From positions 125,282-189,281 of the forward strand of contig CAVROS010000015.1 of the NCBI GenBank assembly GCA_963722885.1: a stretch of DNA of 64,000 bases, written 5' to 3'. Positions 30,017-39,623 of the stretch are shown one piece after another. Every line of letters begins with the position of its first letter. Positions within the stretch are counted from its first letter, which is position 1. Origin of the DNA: an uncultured delta proteobacterium. GTDB lineage: Bacteria > Myxococcota_A > UBA9160 > UBA6930. The notes beneath the pieces were generated by a model. That model was not told the DNA's origin and ran no database searches. It saw only the letters and a list, made by a program, of their open reading frames with translations. Made by a program: the position numbers and the translations under genes.

Positions 30017-31062
30017 TCACTGCCGTGTGCGCTTCTTCCCCGCCTTCGGCGCCGTGCCCTCCGCGCCCTCGGGCTCCTCACAGACGTCTCCGGTGCCGTC
30101 GCCGTCTGCGTCGGCCTGATCGGGGTTCTTGACACGCGTGCAATTGTCGTCGATGTCGAGGACGCCGTCGCGATCGTGATCCGGTGAGGAGGCGAGGATC
30201 TTCTCGATCTGCTCCCGGTAGGCGTGGATGTCGACGGCGTAGGTGGCGTTGCCGTAGACGCTGAGATTCGCCGGCTGATTCGGGTGCTGGGAGATGGTGA
30301 TCATGATGCCGACCAGCTCCCATTCTCCGTCGCCGTTCTTGGCGAAGACGGGTCCGCCGGAATCTCCCGAGGCGGCCTGGGCCTCGTGCGGCGTGGGAAG
30401 GCCGTCCTCGAAGAGCGTCGCGAAAGCGCGGCTCACGCGCTTCCCGGTCCGCGTGCGCAGAGTCGACGGCGGCGATGCGGTTGGTTCCCCAGCGCATCGC
30501 TCTTCCCGGGCCGAGCTGGTAGCCCGCATGGGAGGCGCCGCCGAGCGGTAGGATCGTCCAGGATTGGCTCCACCCCGTAAGCGACGGGCTGCGATCGAGA
30601 CCGTTGCCGATCATCACGACCCGGGTCTCGGTACGCGGTGCGCTGCGTGGCCAGCCGCACTGGCGGAAGATCGGGAGATTCGCGGAGCTGAAAGAGCTGG
30701 AGATCCGCCTCGAGCGCCGGGCCGGTGGAGAGGCGATGCCGGATCTTCCCCTGGACCGCTTCGAAGAGCCGATCTCCCAGCTGCAACTCGCGCCCGCCGG
30801 TGTGCCCGGCGGTGAGCACCCAGTGGTTTCCCAGAAAGACGCCCGTGGTCTTCCCGAGCACTCCGACGTTGCTCCATCCGGGATCGTCGGCCGGCGCGCC
30901 GGTGTTGCCGCTTCCGTCACCCGAATCGATCACGACCGCGATCGCGGGCCGCACACCGAGAGCGATCAGCAGAATCAACCAGGGCACCCAGGACGCCGAT
31001 CGGGCGAATCTCTCATGGCGGGGCGAAAGACCTCGAGCGGGTTCGAGCTCAGAATACCCCAA
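30017..31062 (-). pseudogene. secreted trypsin-like serine protease with C-terminal thrombospondin type 3 (TSP3) Ca-binding repeats; 2 frameshifts (~30632, ~30490)
   Basis: The His region LTAGHT, the Ser region GDSGGPVF and the TSP3 repeats DRDGVLDIDDNCTRVKNPDQADADGDGTGDVC are distributed over three frames. Confidence 0.65.
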
Positions 31063-31447
31063 TGCCGAGGTAGATCAGGAAGGCGCCAAACAGCGCACCG
31101 ATGACGCCGAGAACGCGCAGCACGGCCGGATCGTCCACGGCGTCCATGAACCCGAGGGCGATCTTCTGGTAGAAGGACGTGAAGATCAGCAGAAACACGG
31201 TGGCGAAGAGAAACAGCCAGCCGAGAATCGAGATGACCCAGGCCGCATCCTGCTCGGCGCCGTGTGCAGCGCGAGTCATTGCCAGACCGAGTGCGGCAAC
31301 GAAGACGCTCATGATGCGAATCCGCGCATGGCTGGCGAGAAGCCACCGGTAGGCTGCCACCGTGACCGAAGGCGCGACGACCATCGGACCCCGCGCCACG
31401 ATCATGACGGCTCCGGCTACCACGCTCACCAGTGCCAGATGGTCCAC
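31049..31447 (-). CDS. small membrane protein (4 TM), partner of SPFH protein
   Basis: The GTG start lies 4 nt after the SPFH stop, with the GAGGAG RBS formed by the last two SPFH codons. The ORF is hydrophobic. Confidence 0.5.
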   Translation of the reverse strand: MDHLALVSVVAGAVMIVARGPMVVAPSVTVAAYRWLLASHARIRIMSVFVAALGLAMTRAAHGAEQDAAWVISILGWLFLFATVFLLIFTSFYQKIALGFMDAVDDPAVLRVLGVIGALFGAFLIYLGIGVF

Positions 31448-31451
31448 GGGA

Positions 31452-32549
31452 TCACTCCTCTCGCTTCTTCTCGGGCGTCTCCGCACCCTCACCCTTGGCC
31501 AGGGCCGCGATCCCAGTCACGGCGCCCAGGCCCATGGTCTCGACGGCGGAGCTGGGGACGATGATCATCGATCCCTTCTGGCGGATCCCCTCGTAGATCA
31601 TGTTCATGGCGCGCAGGTGGAGGGCGGTAGGATCGTCCCGGTACTGGTCGGCGGCAGCCGCGAACTTCTCGGCGATCTCGCTCTCGGTGGTGGAGAGGAT
31701 GATCCGTGCCTGCCGCTCGCGCTCGGCCTGCGCGCGCTTCGACATCGCCTCCTCGAGGGCTTCGGGGATCACGACGTCGGTGATCTCGATGGACTGGATG
31801 GTGATCCCCCAGGCGTTGGTCTTCTCGTCGACCCTGTGCTGGATCTCGTCGCAGAGCTTCTCGCGGCTGCTGAGCAGGTCGTTGAGCTCGTGCTTGCCGA
31901 CCGCGTCGCGAAGCGCGGCCTGGGCGGAGAGGATTACGGCGTGGGCGTAGTCCGCGACCTCGAGCACCGCCTTCTCGGCGCTCCAGACCAGCCAGAAGCT
32001 GATGGCGTCGACGTAGACGGGGACCGTGTCGAGGGTGAGGATCCGCTCGGCGCGGAAGTCGGTGGCGCGCACCCGCTGATCGACGAAGGCCTCGATCCGG
32101 TCGACGAAGGGCAGGATCAGGAAGAGCCCCGGTCCGCGCAGCCCGCTGTACCGCCCCAGCCGCAGCAGGATGGCCTTCTCCCACTGGCTCGCGACCTGCA
32201 CCACGCAGGAGAGGATCGCGGCGAGCGCGATCCCCGTTACCAGAAGCAGGATCTTCTCGTCGGGAAGGACCAGCTTGAGGGCGATGGCGATCAGCACCAC
32301 GCCGCTCAGGATCTGCTCCCAGCGCCTTCCCATGAACAGGCTCAGGATCATGAAGATCGCGGCGACCCCGGTGGCGATGACGAGGTCGTCGGAGAGGTTC
32401 CCCTGCCGGTACACCAGGGCCGCGGTCAGGCCGATGCCGGCCAGGAGCACGAAGGCGTTGAGCGGGCCCCAGGCGAAGTGCGACTTGAAGATCGGCAGGG
32501 CGGCGAGCTTCTGGAAGGGCTCTTTCCAGTCGAAGGTCTTCTTCATCAT
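31452..32549 (-). CDS. SPFH/band-7 (stomatin-like) protein with N-terminal multi-TM extension
   Basis: The band-7 core is AILLRLGRYSGLRGPGLFLILPFVDRIE...TLDTVPVYVDAISFW, with a coiled-coil tail. The ATG is separated by 1 nt from the GntR stop. Confidence 0.85.
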   Translation of the reverse strand: MMKKTFDWKEPFQKLAALPIFKSHFAWGPLNAFVLLAGIGLTAALVYRQGNLSDDLVIATGVAAIFMILSLFMGRRWEQILSGVVLIAIALKLVLPDEKILLLVTGIALAAILSCVVQVASQWEKAILLRLGRYSGLRGPGLFLILPFVDRIEAFVDQRVRATDFRAERILTLDTVPVYVDAISFWLVWSAEKAVLEVADYAHAVILSAQAALRDAVGKHELNDLLSSREKLCDEIQHRVDEKTNAWGITIQSIEITDVVIPEALEEAMSKRAQAERERQARIILSTTESEIAEKFAAAADQYRDDPTALHLRAMNMIYEGIRQKGSMIIVPSSAVETMGLGAVTGIAALAKGEGAETPEKKREE

Positions 32550-32550
32550 G

Positions 32551-32934
32551 TCAGCTCTCCTCTCTGAAGTTCTGGAGCGCCTGGATGATTTCACCCAGCT
32601 CGATCCCGTAGGCGCCCGCGCGTCCCACCACGTCCTTGCAGAGCGCGGTCAGCACGCGCTTCTTCTCGTCGGGCGCGATCGTGACCTCGGCATCGCTGAT
32701 GAAGGTGCCCGTGCCCTGCTGCGTCTCCAGGTTCCCGCGGATCTCCAGCTCCTTGTAGGCCTTGATGATGGTGTTCGGGTTCACCGAGAGCTCGACAGCG
32801 AGCTGGCGCACCGTCGGCAGCTGGGTGCCGGGGGGGAGATCGCCCCGGGCGATCGCGTAGAGGATCTGCGAGATGATCTGGCGGTAGATGGGGACGCCGG
32901 AGTGATGATCCAGACTGACGCTGAATTTCGCCAT
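32551..32934 (-). CDS. GntR-family transcriptional regulator, YtrA subfamily (short C-terminal domain)
   Basis: A 127-aa protein with a winged HTH (PIYRQIISQILYAIARGDLPPGTQLPTVRQLAVELSVNPNTIIKAYKELE). Confidence 0.9.
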   Translation of the reverse strand: MAKFSVSLDHHSGVPIYRQIISQILYAIARGDLPPGTQLPTVRQLAVELSVNPNTIIKAYKELEIRGNLETQQGTGTFISDAEVTIAPDEKKRVLTALCKDVVGRAGAYGIELGEIIQALQNFREES

Positions 32935-32944
32935 CGCGAGAATC

Positions 32945-33676
32945 CTACCTCACCCTGGCGCGGTGGATCCGCGCCAGCAGCGCGATTCCGCCCAGACACA
33001 GGGCGGCCGCGGCGAGCGGCTCGACCCAGGCCGGATGGCCGGGCCAGTGGACGGCCAGTCCGGCGAGCTGCGCCTCCCCGGCGTAGGCGCGGAGCAGGCC
33101 GAGGTACACCCAGTAGTGCGGACTCCACGCCAGCAGGATCTGCCACGGGGAGGGCACCACGAAGACCAGCGCGGGCACGATCGACATCGAGCTCACCAGC
33201 TTGGCCACCGCCATCCCCTCGATCTTGTTGGCGGCCGCCACGCCCAGCATCAACATGCCGAGTGGCGCTGCCAGCGAGCCGACCGCCAGCATCAGCAGGA
33301 AGCCGGGGAGGTCGGCGACGGGCTGACCGAAGACCGCTGCGGCCACCAGGCCGAGGGCGCAGGAGAGCAGGCCGGTGGTGATCACCAGGTAGCTGAAGTG
33401 CGCCGCCCGCGAGAGCGGGAGCACCCGCAGCAGGAGCAGCGTCTGGCGCTCGCGCTCCTCGATCAGCCCGAATCCGAAGATGATGGCGGCGATCGAGCCG
33501 CCCAGTGTGACGAGCCAAGGCGCTACGTAGAGGGCCAGATTCTCGACGGGGATCCAGGGGACGCCGAGCCGCGCGGCGATCGCCACCAGTGGCATGTACA
33601 CGCACATGTAGAGCAGGAAGCCGTCCCGGTAGATCCCGCGGGCATCCTTCCGGAGCAGCGCCCCGACCTTGCTCAT
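32945..33676 (-). CDS. ABC-2 type transporter permease
   Basis: Six TM segments. The gene overlaps the upstream permease gene by 4 nt. Confidence 0.7.
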   Translation of the reverse strand: MSKVGALLRKDARGIYRDGFLLYMCVYMPLVAIAARLGVPWIPVENLALYVAPWLVTLGGSIAAIIFGFGLIEERERQTLLLLRVLPLSRAAHFSYLVITTGLLSCALGLVAAAVFGQPVADLPGFLLMLAVGSLAAPLGMLMLGVAAANKIEGMAVAKLVSSMSIVPALVFVVPSPWQILLAWSPHYWVYLGLLRAYAGEAQLAGLAVHWPGHPAWVEPLAAAALCLGGIALLARIHRARVR

Positions 33677-34389
33677 GCTCGCTCCAATCGCTCGCGCACC
33701 CGCTCCTGAAAGGAGCGCCGCGCCCAGCGGAACGCGACGACGTTGTAGCCGAGCAGCAGCGCGGCGTAGAGGGCGTAGTGGAGTGGATCGGGATCCGGGC
33801 GGGCCAGGTTCGCCAGCCCGAAGAGCGCCGCGTCGCTCGGAATCCACACGAAGGCCAGCCGCGGCGCCAGCTCGAAGTACGAGAGGTAGGGCAGCTGGAT
33901 CAGCACCATCGCCGGCATCAAGCCCGCGACCAGGAATCGCGTGAACTCCGAGAAGCGGGCGGAGAGTCCGAGTCCCAGGAAGCCCGCCAGTGTGGCGGTC
34001 AGCAGGAGCGGCGGGAACAGCAGGACCAGGCGCAGATCGACGCCGAGTACAAAGCCCTGGATCATCATTCCCGCCAGTGTCGCCACCAGCGCCGAGGCGA
34101 GGACCATGGCGAAGACGTACTCGCCGCTCCGTAGCGGTGTCACGGCCAGCGCGGTCACGCTGCGATCGCCTCGCTCGAGATAGGCCTGGGCGGCGACCAA
34201 TGTCAGCGCCAAAGTGCCCGGCTCACCGAGCAGGAAGGCGGGGACCAGCCATTCCACGTACTGCTCCGGGATGGCCAGGCGGAAGCCCAGTACAGTCAGC
34301 AGGGCCATTCCCAGGTAGACGTGGGGGAAGCGGTTGCGCCACTGGGCGAGCAGGAACAGGTGCACCGCGTTCGCGACGCGACCCCTCAT
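33673..34389 (-). CDS. ABC-2 type transporter permease
   Basis: Six TM segments. There is an ATGA overlap with the ATPase gene. Confidence 0.7.
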   Translation of the reverse strand: MRGRVANAVHLFLLAQWRNRFPHVYLGMALLTVLGFRLAIPEQYVEWLVPAFLLGEPGTLALTLVAAQAYLERGDRSVTALAVTPLRSGEYVFAMVLASALVATLAGMMIQGFVLGVDLRLVLLFPPLLLTATLAGFLGLGLSARFSEFTRFLVAGLMPAMVLIQLPYLSYFELAPRLAFVWIPSDAALFGLANLARPDPDPLHYALYAALLLGYNVVAFRWARRSFQERVRERLERA

Positions 34390-35267
34390 TCGAGCAGCCC
34401 CCTTCCGGTCATCTTCAGAAACACGTCCTCGAGGGAGGGCTCCAGCGTGTGGATGGTCTGCACGTCGTGATCGCGGACCCACTCGATGAAGCGGTGCTTG
34501 CCGAGCGGGTCCTGGATGGGGAAGTCGCGGATTTCCACGCCGATTCCATTGACCGCTTCGACCCGCGCGATCTTCCGGGTGTGGCGCAGCTTTAGCTGGC
34601 GCGGCGTATCGAGGGCGCTGATCTCGCCCGCCACCAGGAAGGCGACGCGATCGCAGAGCTCATCCGCCACGGTCATGTTGTGCGTGGTCAGGAAGACTGT
34701 GGTTCCCGATGCGGCCTTCTCGCGGATCAGCTCGCGCACCTGCACCGCGTGCTCGGGATCCTGGCCCGCGGTGGGCTCGTCGAGGAACCAGAAGCGCGGC
34801 CGGTTCATCAGGGAGCGCGCCACCACCAGGCGCATCTTCATCCCTTTCGAGTACTGTGCGACGCTGCGACGATCTCCCACCGGGAGGTCGAGGCGCTCCA
34901 GCAACTCGGAAGGCTTCTCGGTCGGCACGTCGAAGAAGCCGCCGTAGAACTCCAGGTTCTCCTCCGCCGTCAATTTCTCGTAGAGGTTGGGGAACTCGAA
35001 GCAGACGCCGATCCGGTTGTAGAAGTCGTCGCCCATGCTGCGGAGATCGCCCCCGAAGACCTCGACCTCTCCCCGATAGCCGGGGAGGATCCGCGTCAGC
35101 AGCTTCTGGGTGGTGCTCTTTCCCGAGCCGTTGGGGCCGAGAAAGCCGAAGATCTCTCCCTCGCGGATCTCGAAGTCGAGTCCGCGCAGGACGGGATCCG
35201 GTGAGCCGGGGTAGCGGTAGCGGAGTTCGCGAACCCGGAGCACCGTTTCGAGAGCGCTGTCGTCCAT
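34386..35267 (-). CDS. ABC transporter ATP-binding protein
   Basis: Walker A is GPNGSGKST, the signature is YSKGMKMRL, Walker B is FWFLDEP, and the H-loop is present. Confidence 0.95.
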   Translation of the reverse strand: MDDSALETVLRVRELRYRYPGSPDPVLRGLDFEIREGEIFGFLGPNGSGKSTTQKLLTRILPGYRGEVEVFGGDLRSMGDDFYNRIGVCFEFPNLYEKLTAEENLEFYGGFFDVPTEKPSELLERLDLPVGDRRSVAQYSKGMKMRLVVARSLMNRPRFWFLDEPTAGQDPEHAVQVRELIREKAASGTTVFLTTHNMTVADELCDRVAFLVAGEISALDTPRQLKLRHTRKIARVEAVNGIGVEIRDFPIQDPLGKHRFIEWVRDHDVQTIHTLEPSLEDVFLKMTGRGLLE

Positions 35268-35310
35268 CGTCCCCTCTTCTCCCCTGGGGGCGTCCAGGCT
35301 TGGCGATTCG

Positions 35311-35348
35311 GAGAAATAATGTACTAGTTAACTAGTACATTATTTCTC
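35311..35348. promoter_or_regulatory. 38-bp perfect AT-rich palindrome GAGAAATAATGTACTAGTTAACTAGTACATTATTTCTC in divergent promoter region; candidate operator
   Basis: The palindrome is perfect over 38 nt at about 26% GC in a roughly 68% GC context. It lies between the divergent ABC ATPase (minus strand) and SDR (plus strand) genes. Confidence 0.6.
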
Positions 35349-35395
35349 TTGTGTCAAGAGGTAGTCTCTCGGTCCGAGATCGAGGGAGAAGAGCG

Positions 35396-36172
35396 ATGAG
35401 AGTCAAGGACAAGGTGATCGTCGTGACCGGCGGCGCCAGCGGCATCGGCAAAGCGATGTGTCTGCGCTTCCACCAGGAGGGCGCGCGCGGCATCGCGGTC
35501 GCGGACATCAACGAGCCGGGCACGCGAGAGGTCGCGGAGAAGATCGGGGGGCTGGCGCTTCGCTGCGACGTCTCCGTCGAGGCCGAAATCATCGCGCTGG
35601 TGAAGGAGACCGAGCGGCGGTTCGGTCCCATCGATCTCTTCTGCTCCAACGCGGGCATCGGAATCACCGACGAGCCGGGAGGGATGGCCAGCTCGGCCCC
35701 CAACGAGAGCTGGCAGAAAATCTGGGAGGTGAACCTGATGGCCCACGTCTACGCGGCCAGGGCGGTCCTGCCCGGCATGATCGAGCGCGGCGAGGGCTAC
35801 CTGCTCAACACCTCCTCGGCCGCTGGCCTCTTGAACCAGATCGGCAGCGCCTCCTACTCGACCACCAAGCACGCGGCGATCGGCTTCGCCGAGTCGCTGG
35901 CCATCACCCACGGCGATGACGGCATCCGCGTCTCGGTTCTGTGTCCGCAGGCCGTCGCAACGCCGATGATGGAGGGCAAGGATCACTCTCCCCAGGCGGG
36001 GGACGGGATGCTGCAGCCCAGCGACGTGGCCGAGTCGGTGATCCAGGGCCTGGAAGAGGAGCGGTTCCTGATCCTGCCCCATCCCGAGGTCCTGACCTAC
36101 ATGCAGCGCAAGACCTCGGACTACGATCGCTGGCTGAAGGGCATGCGTCGCTTCCGACAGCAGTTCCTCTGA
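35396..36172 (+). CDS. SDR-family oxidoreductase
   Basis: [10 protein letters not shown] glycine motif, NAG motif (CSNAGIG), and the catalytic YxxxK (YSTTKHA). An RBS GAGGGAGAAG is present. Confidence 0.9.
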   Translation: MRVKDKVIVVTGGASGIGKAMCLRFHQEGARGIAVADINEPGTREVAEKIGGLALRCDVSVEAEIIALVKETERRFGPIDLFCSNAGIGITDEPGGMASSAPNESWQKIWEVNLMAHVYAARAVLPGMIERGEGYLLNTSSAAGLLNQIGSASYSTTKHAAIGFAESLAITHGDDGIRVSVLCPQAVATPMMEGKDHSPQAGDGMLQPSDVAESVIQGLEEERFLILPHPEVLTYMQRKTSDYDRWLKGMRRFRQQFL

Positions 36173-36177
36173 GCTTC

Positions 36178-36242
36178 GGGGACGTTGTTGAACATTCAAT
36201 TTCCGGGCCGGGCCCGGAAATTGAATGTTCAACAACGTCCCC
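36178..36242. repeat. 65-nt perfect palindrome (32-nt arms) GGGGACGTTGTTGAACATTCAATTTCCGGGCC-G-...; repeat family member between convergent genes
   Basis: Read directly from the sequence. It starts 6 nt after the SDR stop and ends 3 nt before the stop of the convergent thiolase-like gene. Confidence 0.65.
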
Positions 36243-36245
36243 GTT

Positions 36246-37718
36246 TCAGCGGGGGGTGAAGTTGCCCTCGCCGTCGATCTCGACGGGGCGGCCGCAGAAC
36301 TCCTCGCTGGTCATTGCGGCCATCGTGTCGGCGTCGCGGGTGTTGGCCCAGGTGCGACGGCCGTCCTCGATCAGGCAGGCGGCGTGGCCGATCTCCGGTC
36401 CCTCCAGGCCGTGCATGACGGTGTAGGACTCGATCGTCGCCGGCCCCTGGTGATCGATGCGGACCTGGCGGCGCGGCAGCGGGTCGACCCGCTCCTGAAG
36501 GTTCTCGTAGCGGAAGGGCCCGGCCGGGGGCTCGGTGGAGTAGACGCCGAAGGCGTGCTTGGTGAGGTAGCCTCCGTTCGCCGTCACCAGACCCTTGCTG
36601 CCGGGGTCGGCGCGCAGCACCTCCACCATCGTGGCGTTGGAGTGCATCACGTAGTCGTTGAGCGGACCGCCGCCGAAGGTGAGACCGCCGGTCACGGTGA
36701 GCTGGCGGTCCTCGCCGATCCCCAGCTCCTGGGCGGCGACCTGTACCGCCGAGGGGAAGCAGCTGTAGACGTCGATGTGGGCCAGCTCCTCGATCGAGGT
36801 CTCGGCCAGCTCCAGCGCCCGGGAGCCGGCGATCCGGATCGCCGGAGAGGAGTGCAGGTCGGCTCGAGTCGAGACCGTCGAAGAATCGTGCGCTTCGGTT
36901 CCGGCATGGAGGTAGACCCATCGCTCCTCGCCGATGCCGGCTCTGCGGGCGGCCGCCGCCGAGCAGAGAATCAGGGCCGCGCCCTGGTCGACCCGGTTGT
37001 TCGAGTTCATCAGCTTGGGGTAGGGGAATCCGATCATCCGGTTGGAGGGCGAGGTGGTGCGGATCTCCTCGGCGGAGAGCGGCTCGCGCAGCCAGGCGTG
37101 GGGATTCTCGACGGCGACCGCGTTGAAGCGCGCCCAGAGCTCGGAGATCCGAATCAGGTGCTCATCCAGGGACTCGCCCCGCGCATGGCGGATGGCGTTC
37201 TCGAAGATCGGGTAGAGCTGGATCGCCCGGACGATGTCCCGTGCGATCTCCGCCTGGTGGTTCATGGGCTCTTCCGGCGCGATGGCGAGGTCGGGCGTGC
37301 CGGGAGCCTCGCTGAAGGAGAGCTTGACGCCGTTTCTGCGCGCCCTGGCCGAGCTGTTTCCGACCTCCGCTCCGGTGATCACCGCCACCTCCAGCTCGCC
37401 GCGCTGGATCGCCAGCGCGGTCTGGTTGACGGTCGTCTGCACCATGTTCCCGCCCCAGGGTGTTCCCACGGTCTGGGCTCCCGGGGCACCGATCCGCTCC
37501 GCCACCACCCGCCCCGGGTCGCCGTACTTCCAGATCCCCCGGATCACCCGGACGGAGTTCGCCGCGCGCAGCAGGTCGCGGCTTCCGGCGTCGTCCGCCG
37601 CCTGCTCGACCGCGGCGATCATCATCTCCAGGGGCTCGGCCCCCTCCCGGGGGTCCGCTACGCGCTGCTCGATCTGCCCCACGCCCACCACGACGGGAGC
37701 TCTGGGATCGGGGGTCAA
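36246..37718 (-). CDS. thiolase-like protein (SCP-x/non-decarboxylating thiolase family)
   Basis: PVVVGVGQ N-terminal motif, thiolase C-terminal domain blocks (CFPSAVQVAAQELG, TGGLTFGGGPLNDY). A TTG start after a GGAGAAGG RBS is proposed. Confidence 0.75.
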   Translation of the reverse strand: MTPDPRAPVVVGVGQIEQRVADPREGAEPLEMMIAAVEQAADDAGSRDLLRAANSVRVIRGIWKYGDPGRVVAERIGAPGAQTVGTPWGGNMVQTTVNQTALAIQRGELEVAVITGAEVGNSSARARRNGVKLSFSEAPGTPDLAIAPEEPMNHQAEIARDIVRAIQLYPIFENAIRHARGESLDEHLIRISELWARFNAVAVENPHAWLREPLSAEEIRTTSPSNRMIGFPYPKLMNSNNRVDQGAALILCSAAAARRAGIGEERWVYLHAGTEAHDSSTVSTRADLHSSPAIRIAGSRALELAETSIEELAHIDVYSCFPSAVQVAAQELGIGEDRQLTVTGGLTFGGGPLNDYVMHSNATMVEVLRADPGSKGLVTANGGYLTKHAFGVYSTEPPAGPFRYENLQERVDPLPRRQVRIDHQGPATIESYTVMHGLEGPEIGHAACLIEDGRRTWANTRDADTMAAMTSEEFCGRPVEIDGEGNFTPR

Positions 37719-37791
37719 GCTGCCTTCTCCATTCGCGCGAGCTGGATTCGCAGGAGCGTGATCGCTGGGAGCTCGTCGCCCGGGATGCGCG

Positions 37792-38025
37792 TCAGGAGCA
37801 GCCCGTACCCGCTCTCTCGCAGCCGCCGCAGGTCGGTCCCGCGAAGCTCTCGCATGCGGCCGCCTCTGCACCGGTGGCGACGCCTCCGACGTTGTGAGCG
37901 CTCAGGGTCTTGCTGAGCTTCCCGCCATCGCCGGTGGGGCAGTCCTCGAGGGGCGGATCCGACAAGCGCTGCAGGGCCTCGACGGTCTGGCCGCAGGAAT
38001 CACAGATGTACTCGTAGATCGGCAT
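37792..38025 (-). CDS. FmdB-family zinc-ribbon protein
   Basis: The N-terminus MPIYEYICDSCG....CPTC is the FmdB/CxxC_CxxC_SSSS signature. The gene lies directly upstream of the thiolase-like gene. Confidence 0.65.
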   Translation of the reverse strand: MPIYEYICDSCGQTVEALQRLSDPPLEDCPTGDGGKLSKTLSAHNVGGVATGAEAAACESFAGPTCGGCERAGTGCS

Positions 38026-38110
38026 GACGAAAACGTCGTCCATCCGCGCTGGATGTCAACCGAGGGCGGGATTGGCGGAGGACCCCCGATACGCGCCAGA
38101 ATGGTGACCA

Positions 38111-39623
38111 ATGCGGACCTTGGGAGCCTTGGTGGCGCTGGCGCTGGGAGTCCTGGCCTCGAGCGCCCAGGGGGCCGAGCTGTTTCGCCGCGGGGACTTC
38201 GTCGTGGATTTCTCCGGGTCGATCCGAAGCATCGGCCTCGCGACTCGGGGCACCGATCTGGAGGACTTCGAGGAGGCCGCGCGCGAGTCTCTGGTGGAGC
38301 CCGACCCGCTGGCGATCGCCATTCTCAGCGATCCCGAGCTGCGGGGTCTCCTCGAGGCCACCGCCCCCGGGCTGGTGCGTCGAACTCACCGAGTCGATCG
38401 TGGATCCGGTCTGTCTGCTGGCCGAGTTCTTCGAGGAGTGCCCCGCCTTCGACGAGGTCGGGGGGACCGGCGTCTGGCAGAGCCTGACCCGGCTCCGCTT
38501 GCGCTTCGATCTCCAGTTCTCCCAGTCGCTCTCGGCCAGGCTCGAGTACGACAACGAGCTGGTGATGGGGAAGCTGGACACGCTCGAGTTCCGGGGATTC
38601 GATACCACGGACGTGGATCCCTTCCTCCCCCTTCAGGATGAGATCTCGAACTTCGATCTGGGAGGAGACGCGCGAGGCGTCTGGCGCCACTCGCTGTATC
38701 GCGCCTGGCTGAACTGGGAGACGGAGCACTTCCAGGTGATCCTGGGCCGACAGCGGATTCCCTGGGGCGTGGGGCGGCTCTGGAACCCGATCGATCGCTT
38801 CAATCCGATCTCTCCCCTCGCGATCGAGCAGAACGAGTCGCCGGGGGTCGATTCCGTGGTGGCGACCTGGTTCGTCAGCGACGCCGCCGCGCTGGATTGG
38901 GTCTATGCGCCGGGCGACAACGGAGACCATCAAGACTACGCGCTGCGGCTGCACGGTCTGGTGGCGGATACGGATTATTCGCTGATGGCGGGAGTCTTCG
39001 ACGACGCCAACACCGTCGGCGGGACCCTGGAGCGAAACCTCGGCGAGATGGCCATCCACCTGGAAGCCGTCTACGCCGACCCGGATGCGCTCTACTGGCC
39101 GGTGGGAAGCTCGCGGCCCAGCGATCTTCCCTCCTACTGGCAGGTCGTCGTCTCACTCGACACCAACATCGACGTGGGGAAGGGAATCTACGCACTGGTC
39201 GAGTACCTCTACAACGGCAACGCGCTGGGTCTGGGGGGCGGGCGCGCCGGCTCCCTGCTCTCGTTCTACGAATCCACCATGACGCCTCCGGCCGAGCTGC
39301 CGCCGGCGCTCGGGGCGATCTTCCCGGGCCCTTACGTGCAGCCGATCAGCAGCGATCGCTTCGGCGGGAGCCGCGTCGTCAGCTTTTCTCGGCATCAGAC
39401 CGGGTTGATGCTGGGCTACGAGCTGACACCGACGCTGCAGGGCGATCTGCTGGTGATCTACGACTGGGACGGTCACAGCTCCGCGATCGCCCCTCAGCTC
39501 AGCTACACGCCGCGCGGCGATCTCGAGGTTACGCTGGGTATCCAGCTCTTCACGGGAAACCGCGACTCGCAGTACGGCGGGGCGGAGAATCTCGCCTTCC
39601 TCACCGTCGACTACTTCTTCTAG
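38111..39623 (+). CDS. outer-membrane beta-barrel protein (alginate-export/DUF1302-like); 1-nt frameshift near 38390
   Basis: The signal peptide is in ORF 38111..38641. The body in ORF 38400..39623 has alternating amphipathic strands and a C-terminal ...LTVDYFF (terminal Phe). Confidence 0.6.

Noticed and set aside
35311-35348. AT-rich palindrome containing ACTAGT and GTTAAC sites as a cloning scar or vector remnant
   Set aside because: The flanks are contiguous native intergenic sequence. Its placement between divergent start codons of a GntR-regulated operon fits an operator. This cannot be fully excluded without the source data.
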